From assembly GCA_036675075.1 (NCBI GenBank), contig JAKFFM010000038.1:25024-89023 (forward strand): a stretch of DNA of 64,000 bases. The letters are read 5' to 3'. Shown one piece after another: positions 30,701 through 37,699 of the stretch. The DNA comes from Bacteroidota bacterium. Lineage in GTDB: Bacteria > Bacteroidota > Bacteroidia > JAKFFM01. Made by a program: the position numbers and the translations under genes. Numbering within the stretch: position 1 is the first letter of the stretch; each line of letters starts with the position of its first letter. The notes beneath the pieces were generated by a model. The model was not told where the DNA came from. It made no database searches and saw only the letters and a program-made list of their open reading frames with translations.

Positions 30701-31560
30701 CTGTAATGTCCTCCATGGTTGCCATTCGTGAAAAGCGGGTGATGCTGAACGATCACGATGTTCTTGTTCTTGTTTCGCTTGATCATATCCGCTAACTGTA
30801 CGGTAAAGTCAAAGCGATCGTTGATGTTACATCCATTCTCATTGCCTATAGGCTTTTCATCTTCGTGAGGATAAAGCCACCATTCCGAATCAACAAAGAT
30901 CATTGTAAGATCACTTGTGATGTGTCTCTCCACAGGTCCCGGACATCCATTGCTTGGCAGGAAGGAGTTGTAATTCTTTAAGGATTCTTCAATGTATTTC
31001 TCCTGCCTGTTGACAGCATCGAGTCCGCCCTTCTTTGATTCATTCCAATCGTGATTACCAGGAACGAAGAATACATTGCCTTTATACTGTCTTACGACAT
31101 CAAGCTGCTGGTCAATAATGAGCTCTTTGTCTTTTCTGTCAGGCGCATCTTCTGGTGGCAACCCCCGGTAATAGATGTTGTCTCCAAGGAACACCACGGA
31201 ATTATTATTCAGTACACTGTGACAGGTGTAGGAAGTGTCGTAACAGATCTGCTGCGTTGTAGAGTCAATCCGGCTGTTTGACAGTACAGTATCCACCCTG
31301 GTGTAAATCATGTTGCGAAGAAGATGGAGTGTAGGATTCAGTCTCCTCCCTTTCTTTTCGCCTGCATCACCTATCAGGTAAACAGAATACTTTAATTGAG
31401 AAGTATCCGGAGGAGTCTGTGACTTCCAGTCTTTATAAGCATTGTCGTAATATGGTTTGACAGTACCGCACGACACAAACGCCATGACAGTAACTGCGAT
31501 CGACAGACTAAAAAGTATAGTCGAAGCCGACGATCGTTGCTGGGTTTTTCTTGCCTTCAT
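27712..31560 (-). CDS. outer-membrane lipoprotein fusion: calcineurin-like metallophosphoesterase (N-terminal) and Omp85/BamA-type beta-barrel (C-terminal)
   Basis: Lipobox AFVSCG. Phosphoesterase motifs IGDAGE, FLGDNIY, GNHDW, VQHHPL and AGHEHN. The C-terminal ~330 aa is beta-barrel-like and ends in an aromatic tail (SSGFFF). Confidence 0.75.
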   Translation of the reverse strand: MKARKTQQRSSASTILFSLSIAVTVMAFVSCGTVKPYYDNAYKDWKSQTPPDTSQLKYSVYLIGDAGEKKGRRLNPTLHLLRNMIYTRVDTVLSNSRIDSTTQQICYDTSYTCHSVLNNNSVVFLGDNIYYRGLPPEDAPDRKDKELIIDQQLDVVRQYKGNVFFVPGNHDWNESKKGGLDAVNRQEKYIEESLKNYNSFLPSNGCPGPVERHITSDLTMIFVDSEWWLYPHEDEKPIGNENGCNINDRFDFTVQLADMIKRNKNKNIVIVQHHPLFTNGNHGGHYSIKDYFFPLTLVRPNLYIPLPVIGSIYPLMRKYGVSREDLSHPAYQQLKDAMVSVMENQKNLVFAAGHEHNIQYRNVDGVHHVVSGSGCKDKYAVKGLGAGFVHDHTGFARVNYYENGEAWIEFWEPVEDGTTGELVFRTPLYALSQETTNLPKDFDCSDSTITFAASKEYKAGPIKKFFFGEHYREEWRTPVKTHLLDLKCEKGGLTPTAKGGGRQTVSIRLVSKDSIEYTLRTVSKDPSSLIPIGLRRTFASDILQDQMSSAHPYGALVIPPMADAVGVFHANPELFYVPHTPDLGQYIDDVGGKLAILEERADDDLSKLKSFGYSKNIVSVKTMYKNLMKDNHNTIDQKFFLKARLFDMFIGDWDRHDDNWRWGEFKDNGNTVYKAVPRDRDQVFVKFDGIIPYFFRTFAVRNFNHFTGELKNMKGLNKSASLLDKTLITEPTLEEWLAIADTLKKQLTDSVIENAIKKFPPEIYALSGKEITEKLKMRREQLDQAALDYYRILSRMVEVIGSNKNEKFVVNRKNDHETEVTIFGENDSTKGVYDREVYRRVFKTIETKKVILYGLDGDDVFEMTGPAQKGPVMKIIGGKGKDTYIDSTDMKGIRKSTKILDYRGEENVISGNVRARLSTNKNVTEYDSYKELVFKRSALRPRLFAEYNNDYGFYTGAGILMKRYNFGKPPANSEHHLNFHYATNTNSRIYSYKGYFHSFLAKNYDLQIYLRQSGPNNEINYFGIGNETKWDKSLGIDNYRLKIGQQYAYIGMAKKTSTHTRISVGPQYQRTILSRETNVVVDGPEKFTSTILGPQNIYGLRLDGVLNVLDSDSDPTRGVKVSVKSALNIVDRSDDVYSPISGDVSFYLTPRGGTFPLTMAFRLGGGINFGEHPFYESNFVGGTTNLRGYRWNRFAGQSMTYQNVDLRFRLFEFRNYVVTGKWGLLGFVDNARVWKDYEVSSKWHTGYGPGAWVNFYNLFILSGSVGFSEEGRFVTVSSGFFF

Positions 31561-32383
31561 TTGAAATATAAAGCTTTGCCTCTGGGGTGAATGTTATTCC
31601 TTCTGGTTGCTGAAAAAGATCTTTATGCAGTGTGACCATGTTCAGCACTTTGCCATTCATGTCGCTTACAAGCAGCAAGCCTGATCGCGAAGAGATCACG
31701 TAGAGCTCCTGGGTTTTTGGATGGATCGCGATTCCTGATGGCGAAAGAAGCTGATCCATTTTATCTTCATTCTTCAATGCCGTAATGGATTTTGGAAGCT
31801 CTCCTGAATGATCTGAAATAAACTTGTTGATATCATCCTTCGAGAAGGTGATCACAGGTTCTGGCAGTAAGGCTTCACTTTTCAGATCAAATGCATAAAT
31901 GAACTTCTCCGAGCCTTTCCCTTTTTTTGCTCCTCCGCTTTTGCAGGCGATAAGTAGCCGGTTATTCATCTTGTCATAACAGAGCCCTTCTGTATCAACA
32001 TTCGCTGCCAGTCCGGTGTTGAATTCTTTGCGATTGCCTTCTTCACCCTTCATATCAACCTGGAAAATGTTTCCATCGCTTTTCAGGACATACACGAAAT
32101 CTCCGGCGACAACAAGGTCTTCATAGTCGCCTTTAGAGCCGAACCTGTATGTGTTTGTGATCTGCTTCTTGTTGAGATCATAAAAAAAGATCACGGCATC
32201 TTCATCCATCACACAGGAGATCAGGTTGTCTTTTACATAAGAAATACCTGACACTTCAAGAAGCTCCGGTGGAAGATCTGTAATCTCTGAAGGCTTTGAA
32301 AAATCATACTTGTCATGGATGGTAATGTCACTGCAGCACAGCAGGGCAAACAGTGGGATCAGTAATATCATATAATGTTTCAT
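31508..32383 (-). CDS. SdiA-regulated/YjiK-like beta-propeller protein
   Basis: Signal peptide. Motifs LEVSGISY, DTEGLCYD, PSGIAIHP and QPEGITFTPEAKLYISNEG. The 3' end overlaps the next gene's start by 53 nt. Confidence 0.6.
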   Translation of the reverse strand: MKHYMILLIPLFALLCCSDITIHDKYDFSKPSEITDLPPELLEVSGISYVKDNLISCVMDEDAVIFFYDLNKKQITNTYRFGSKGDYEDLVVAGDFVYVLKSDGNIFQVDMKGEEGNRKEFNTGLAANVDTEGLCYDKMNNRLLIACKSGGAKKGKGSEKFIYAFDLKSEALLPEPVITFSKDDINKFISDHSGELPKSITALKNEDKMDQLLSPSGIAIHPKTQELYVISSRSGLLLVSDMNGKVLNMVTLHKDLFQQPEGITFTPEAKLYISNEGKKNPATIVGFDYTF

Positions 32384-32452
32384 ATACGGAATGGCATTAA
32401 TTCAAGAAGCAGACCAAATATTTACGGGCATGTAAATTGTGCTGCCCCGGAT

Positions 32453-33640
32453 ATGAGTGTATATAAGGAGATCAGGAAAGAGGCTTACACCTATGTGCTT
32501 GATTTATTTACAAAAGACGTTCAGCCCGGACTTCTTTATCACAGCTTTAGTCATACGGAAGACACTGTAAAAGAGTGTAAGAAGATCCTTGAATCTGAGC
32601 CTGGAGTTGATGTGGATCATGACCTGATACTCATCGCCGCATTGTTCCATGATACGGGATACCTGGAAAAGTACGAAGGTCATGAGGATGCATCCTGTCA
32701 GATTGCGGAAAAATTCCTGCACGAAAAAGGAATGAGTGAGGAAAATATTGCAATAGTCAGAGACCTGATCGTGTCCACCAGATCAGGAGCTGTTCCATGC
32801 AACAAGGCTCAACAGGTGCTTCACGATGCTGATTATGCTAACATCACACGAAAAGATTTTTTTGAAAAGGGGAATCTGTTAAGAAGAGAGTGGGAGCTTA
32901 AGCTTAACAGGACATACACAGATCTTGAATGGGAAAGGCTGCAGCTTGAATTCCTTGAGACTCATCGCTTTTATACTGTCTTTGGCCAGAAGAAGCTTGA
33001 GCCTGGAAAAGCTTCAAACATCATCCGGGTCAAGGAGATGATGTCTAAGATTGAAAGCAAAGAAGAACGAAAACATGCATCTAAACGTCCGTCCAGGGGC
33101 ATTGAAACAATGTACCGGTCTATCTACAGAAATCATATCGGACTAAGCGCCATCGCAGATAGAAAAGCGAACATGATGATCTCGATCAACACGATCATCA
33201 TTTCTGTTATCATGTCTTTCATTGGTTCCGGATACACCTTTGCGCGTGCGAGGTACATGGAAGATATGAGGTTCACTGTGCCGCTCATTCTGTTATTATT
33301 GACATCTCTTGTTTCTGTCATCTTCGCCATCCTCAGTGCCCGTCCTAACCTCAGGGAAAAAAAGGATGATTCAAAAGAAAGTGTCCTGTTCTTCGGAACC
33401 TTCTCTAAAATGGAAGTGGAACATTTCATACATGGAATGAATGAGTTGATGTCTGTACCAGGAAATCTTTACGAAAGCATGACCGTGGATATCTATAACC
33501 TTGGTGCTGTTCTTCAAAGAAAATATGGGTTGCTGAGGATCAGCTATGGTACGTTTTTAATCGGGCTCGTAGTGACAGTGGTTTGTTTTCTGATCATACT
33601 GGGAGTCTCTTCATATAGTACCACAGCTCCGGCTGTCTGA
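32453..33640 (+). CDS. HD-domain phosphohydrolase fused to a C-terminal PycTM/DUF5706-like transmembrane domain
   Basis: HD motifs HSFSHTEDT, AALFHDTGY and HDADY. C-terminal RGIETMYRSIYRNHIGLSAIADRKANMMISINTIIISVIMSF plus two further TM helices. The ATG at 32453 is preferred because the 32375 start would overlap the divergent gene's start codon. Confidence 0.7.
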   Translation: MSVYKEIRKEAYTYVLDLFTKDVQPGLLYHSFSHTEDTVKECKKILESEPGVDVDHDLILIAALFHDTGYLEKYEGHEDASCQIAEKFLHEKGMSEENIAIVRDLIVSTRSGAVPCNKAQQVLHDADYANITRKDFFEKGNLLRREWELKLNRTYTDLEWERLQLEFLETHRFYTVFGQKKLEPGKASNIIRVKEMMSKIESKEERKHASKRPSRGIETMYRSIYRNHIGLSAIADRKANMMISINTIIISVIMSFIGSGYTFARARYMEDMRFTVPLILLLLTSLVSVIFAILSARPNLREKKDDSKESVLFFGTFSKMEVEHFIHGMNELMSVPGNLYESMTVDIYNLGAVLQRKYGLLRISYGTFLIGLVVTVVCFLIILGVSSYSTTAPAV

Positions 33641-34225
33641 ACTTTTAACAGGTACGTACCTGTAGGGAATCATCCCAATGTGCTCATAATAATCGCGGCC
33701 TTTGATCATCTGGTTTCCAAAGAAACTTGTGGTGATCTCTTTTTCTGAATACTGTGAAAGAAAGTTTTCAGAGCAAAGGATGTATTCATCTTCCTTCACC
33801 GAGTTCTTGAGAAGCTTATGCGCTTTGATCACATCTTCACCGATCAGCTTCGTTCTAGTATCAATCTTTTCAGGAAAGGTTAAACCTGAATGCAGAATTA
33901 CTTTTAAGCCGAGCTTGTTTCCTTTAAGGTATCGTGATGATTCTTCAGGAAATTCTTTTTCTATCTGATCAAGTGCATCACGAAAGCTTTTGAAGAACTG
34001 CATGCATTGATCGTAGATCTTGCTGAGTTCAGGAAAAGGTTCGAAGGCATAGAACAATACGGCGTCTCCTTCAACTTCTCCGATATGATACCTGCTTTGG
34101 TTACTATGGATGATGGCCTTAAGCACTGATGGAACCACTTTTCCGCTGAATGCGATATCCGTGTCACTGATAAACCTTGTGAATCCGGTTAGATCAGGGA
34201 TGCACAGCATTGAATTGGCAATCAT
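33611..34225 (-). CDS. minimal class III nucleotidyl-cyclase-like protein (DUF2652-like)
   Basis: Starts MIANSMLCIPDLTGFTRF (compare cyclase F.DI.GFT). Also EGDAVLFYAF (compare GDA..a.F), LKVILHSG (compare R.GIHtG) and LIGEDVIKAHKL (compare G..VN.AaRL). The longer ORF-track version (to 34459) adds a Pro/Arg-rich extension that runs antisense into the Nudix gene. Confidence 0.65.
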   Translation of the reverse strand: MIANSMLCIPDLTGFTRFISDTDIAFSGKVVPSVLKAIIHSNQSRYHIGEVEGDAVLFYAFEPFPELSKIYDQCMQFFKSFRDALDQIEKEFPEESSRYLKGNKLGLKVILHSGLTFPEKIDTRTKLIGEDVIKAHKLLKNSVKEDEYILCSENFLSQYSEKEITTSFFGNQMIKGRDYYEHIGMIPYRYVPVKSSDSRSCGTI

Positions 34226-34295
34226 ATCTGTAATGTAAATACGTAGTGATGCTTGCAATCTCCTTGCCTTAATTTTCATAGATTTAAAGCTGCAG

Positions 34296-34736
34296 ATGAA
34301 CCTTGTGCGATTTAACATACGTGCGTATGGATTGTATCTTAAAGATGATGCGGTCCTTGTGACAGATGAATTCCGGATGGGCATGCGTATGACCAAGTTC
34401 CCCGGTGGTGGCCTTGAGTTTGGTGAAGGCCTTGCCGATTGCGTCATTCGTGAATGCATGGAAGAGTTTGGACAGTCATTCAGAATACTCTCTCATTTTT
34501 ATACAACGGATTTCTTTCAGGCCAGCGCGTTTGACAACTCCCAGCTGATCAGTGTGTATTACCTTGTTCAGCCAGAGAATGAGCTATTGTGCAAACTCAC
34601 CACCAAGCCATTTCAATTCGATGTTGAATCTGAAGGTGCTCAATGCTTCCGGTTTATCTCTTTAGATGAGCTTGATGAAGAGCATCTGACATTTCCTGTT
34701 GACAAGCATGTCGTACGCTTACTGAAAAAATTATGA
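34296..34736 (+). CDS. Nudix hydrolase
   Basis: Complete Nudix box GGGLEFGEGLADCVIRECMEEFG. Confidence 0.88.
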   Translation: MNLVRFNIRAYGLYLKDDAVLVTDEFRMGMRMTKFPGGGLEFGEGLADCVIRECMEEFGQSFRILSHFYTTDFFQASAFDNSQLISVYYLVQPENELLCKLTTKPFQFDVESEGAQCFRFISLDELDEEHLTFPVDKHVVRLLKKL

Positions 34737-35395
34737 AGTACAGATTACTCCTTGGAATACTATTTTTATTTGTCACCGCATGTGCTCCATCCAGGCTTGT
34801 AACGCCACTCAAAAAAGACGAGCTAGCGTTAGGCGCAGGCTTTGGTGGTCCGCTGATAAAGCTCGGTAATGCAGTGATCCCAATTCCTTACGCGACGATC
34901 CAGGGCGGTTATGGTGTTACATCTGACATTACAGTCACCGGTGGTGCACACCTGACTGCTGCAGCTTTTGGTGTCGCGATGTTTGAAACGGGCGCATTGT
35001 TTAATGTCTGGAATAAGGATTCTTTAAAGCAGGGTATCACGGCTCATGTGAACCTCAATACGGCTTTCGGTCATCAGGCATTCAGGATCTGGCCGCAGAC
35101 TGATCTTAACTACTATTACAGGCTTAATAAAAAATCAGCATTGTACAGTGGAGTCTCCGCATGGTATGAGCTGAATGGAAACACTCTCCATGGTGAACCT
35201 CAGTCAACATTTATTATTCCTTCATGGCAGGCTGGGTACACTTACTCACCTTCATCCTGGACCTGGCAGCTTGAAGCAAAAGTGATCGCGCCACATGAAG
35301 ACAACAGGTATGTTGTAGCTGATTACATTTCACCATTAGGATCAAAGGGAGCTTTCGGCGTTTATGTAACAGTATCAAAACGATTCGGAAAATGA
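34733..35395 (+). CDS. hypothetical lipoprotein, beta-rich (possible small outer-membrane barrel)
   Basis: Lipobox LFVTAC and alternating hydrophobic beta-strand pattern. ATGA overlaps on both sides. Confidence 0.55.
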   Translation: MKYRLLLGILFLFVTACAPSRLVTPLKKDELALGAGFGGPLIKLGNAVIPIPYATIQGGYGVTSDITVTGGAHLTAAAFGVAMFETGALFNVWNKDSLKQGITAHVNLNTAFGHQAFRIWPQTDLNYYYRLNKKSALYSGVSAWYELNGNTLHGEPQSTFIIPSWQAGYTYSPSSWTWQLEAKVIAPHEDNRYVVADYISPLGSKGAFGVYVTVSKRFGK

Positions 35396-36279
35396 AAAGG
35401 ATGACAATGATTTTCCTGGCCTGTCTGCTTGCAGGATGTGCGAAGCTCGACAGCAACATGTTTAACAACGACAATTCGATCAATGAATACCTGTATGATG
35501 ACTATACAGGTGAGAACGATTTTATTCTGGATGAAACATATCACATTGATGATTCACTCATCCATGAATTTACACTCAGCTCTAAAACTCCTTCTGAAAG
35601 GGAGCCTGTAACGATCTATGCGACTTATGTGGGTGACCTTTCAACCATTGACCAGGACACGGTGATCCTGTATTGTCATGGAAATAAGTGGCACATGGAT
35701 TTTTATTGGCAACGTACGAAGCTCCTCGCGAATGTTGGAGGGAGAAGCAGGTTTGGTGTGCTTACCTTTGATTACCGTGGTTATGGAAGATCTGAAGGTG
35801 TGCCGACTGAAGATGGTATGTATGCTGATGCACGTGCAGCGCTGGACTGGTTGAGAGGTAAAGGTGTAGAGAGCAGGAAGCTGATCATGTATGGGTTCAG
35901 CCTGGGCTCAGCTCCGGCAGTTCAGCTTACTGCGCATCCGGGTTTACTTCGTCCTTCCAGGCTTATTCTTGAAGCTCCGTTCGCATCTACAAAAGAGATG
36001 GTGAGAGATGCATCTCTGCTGAATATGCCGGCATCTTTCTTCACGACCGTTGAAGTGGACAATGCCGGAAAGATTAAGAATGTAAAGTGTCCATTCCTTT
36101 GGATACATGGTGTTGAAGATGATTTCCTGTCAATTAAAACACATGGTGAAGTGGTATTCAGGAATTATCGTGGAACAGGAAAGGCTGTCAGGGTAGTAGG
36201 AGCGAATCATGGATCAATTCAGACAACGATGGGATTTGATGCCTACCGGAATGTTCTGCTTGATTTCATTATGCGATAA
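35392..36279 (+). CDS. alpha/beta-hydrolase lipoprotein (serine hydrolase)
   Basis: Lipobox LLAGCA, nucleophile elbow GFSLGS, and HG..D and H residues near the C-terminus. Confidence 0.75.
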   Translation: MKRMTMIFLACLLAGCAKLDSNMFNNDNSINEYLYDDYTGENDFILDETYHIDDSLIHEFTLSSKTPSEREPVTIYATYVGDLSTIDQDTVILYCHGNKWHMDFYWQRTKLLANVGGRSRFGVLTFDYRGYGRSEGVPTEDGMYADARAALDWLRGKGVESRKLIMYGFSLGSAPAVQLTAHPGLLRPSRLILEAPFASTKEMVRDASLLNMPASFFTTVEVDNAGKIKNVKCPFLWIHGVEDDFLSIKTHGEVVFRNYRGTGKAVRVVGANHGSIQTTMGFDAYRNVLLDFIMR

Positions 36280-36288
36280 ACTGGAATG

Positions 36289-36855
36289 CTACGCAAGTCT
36301 TTTCATGACGAATGAATCGATCTTCGAGCATAATTCCGTTGGATGCACGGTTCTCCATTTCACATCATTCAGCCTTCCATTCATGAGGATGTAGTTGTCA
36401 ATGTTGCTGCGTTCAAATTCTTTCAGGACATGCTCCCTGAAGTTGAGGAACGCGATCCAGCCATCTTCCACTTCTTCGAACCATTCTTCGTAATAACAAT
36501 CGTCGGAATAATGGAAATTGAGCACATTTTCACCGATCAGTAAAAACTTTGTAATTCCCTGTTCCATCATGGGGTCAACAATATCCCGCTTGAGAAACAT
36601 GATGTCGTTGTTCAGACAGTCATTCCATTCTCCGAAAAGCTCAATCACAGCATATCCTGATTCATAATCTGCAAAGAGGACTTTGATGAACAGGGTAGGA
36701 GATCCGATATCATCCCACTGTGGATGAATCAGGAAATTATAGATCTGGTTGGTGTATTCGAATTCGCTGTACTCACGGTTGTAAAAAGGAGAATTCTGAT
36801 CTTCAGATGCGATATATAAATGGCGCCAGTTGTAGTAAGGTTCGATGTCCTGCAT
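36289..36855 (-). CDS. hypothetical cytoplasmic protein
   Basis: Clean 188-aa ORF with an ATG start and no recognisable motif. Confidence 0.5.
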   Translation of the reverse strand: MQDIEPYYNWRHLYIASEDQNSPFYNREYSEFEYTNQIYNFLIHPQWDDIGSPTLFIKVLFADYESGYAVIELFGEWNDCLNNDIMFLKRDIVDPMMEQGITKFLLIGENVLNFHYSDDCYYEEWFEEVEDGWIAFLNFREHVLKEFERSNIDNYILMNGRLNDVKWRTVHPTELCSKIDSFVMKRLA

Positions 36856-36873
36856 GACAAAAAAGGATTAGCT

Positions 36874-37695
36874 TTAAAACTGTTCCTGACCTCCTTTTAT
36901 TGCATCAACTGCCTTCCTCACGCTTCCATACTTTTCAAGCAGCACACGCGCCTGGTCAAAGGAAATTTTAAGCTCGTCCATCACCATTTTTATGCCACGG
37001 TCTATGAGCTTGTTGTTGGAAAGCTGCATGTCAACCATCCTGTTTCCTTTCACTTTTCCAAGGCGTATCATCAGGGTTGTGCTGATCATGTTAAGTACAA
37101 GCTTTTGCGCAGTGCCTGATTTCATGCGGGTGCTTCCGGTTACAAACTCAGGTCCTACAATCACTTCAATGGGGAACTGACTTACCTGTGCTAACGGGCT
37201 GGCCGGATTGCATGTGATGCAGCCTGTCAGCAAACCATGTTTTCTCGCTGATTCGATCGCTCCGATGACATAAGGTGTTGTGCCTGACGCAGCGATCCCG
37301 ATAATGAAATCATTCTCATTCACATGGAATGCCTGAAGGTCTTTCCAACCCTGTTCAGGGTCATCTTCGGCGAATTCCACCGCTTTACGTATGGCTGTAT
37401 CTCCACCCGCAATGATCCCGTTAACAAGTCCATGTGGAACACCATAAGTGGGTGGACATTCTGAAGCGTCAACAATACCAAGGCGTCCGCTGGTTCCTGC
37501 ACCCATATAGAACAGTCTGCCTCCCTTCAACATATTCTGCAGGGCAGCATCCACGAGCTTTTCGATGGAAGTCAGTGCTTTTTCAACAGCGAGTGGAACA
37601 GTCTTGTCTTCAGCATTGATCCCTTTCAGGATATCACCTGTACTGAGTGTCTCAAGTGCATGGTGCGTTGATTCTTCTTCTGTTACCCGCTTCAT
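36874..37695 (-). CDS. murQ: N-acetylmuramic acid 6-phosphate etherase
   Basis: SIS domain with GAGTSGRLGIVDASECPPTYG and GSTRMKSGTAQK motifs. Confidence 0.9.
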   Translation of the reverse strand: MKRVTEEESTHHALETLSTGDILKGINAEDKTVPLAVEKALTSIEKLVDAALQNMLKGGRLFYMGAGTSGRLGIVDASECPPTYGVPHGLVNGIIAGGDTAIRKAVEFAEDDPEQGWKDLQAFHVNENDFIIGIAASGTTPYVIGAIESARKHGLLTGCITCNPASPLAQVSQFPIEVIVGPEFVTGSTRMKSGTAQKLVLNMISTTLMIRLGKVKGNRMVDMQLSNNKLIDRGIKMVMDELKISFDQARVLLEKYGSVRKAVDAIKGGQEQF

Positions 37696-37699
37696 CCGG

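Noticed and set aside
32375-32452. Upstream ATG extension of the HD-PycTM gene.
   Set aside because: It would overlap the start codon of the divergent gene (32381-32383), leaving no promoter space. The added 26 aa have no recognisable features.
33611-34459. Long 282-aa version of the cyclase-like ORF with a Pro/Arg-rich N-terminal extension.
   Set aside because: The extension (34226-34459) is antisense to the well-supported Nudix gene and its promoter region. The family-typical N-terminus (MIANSMLCIPDLTGFTRF) starts at the ATG at 34225.
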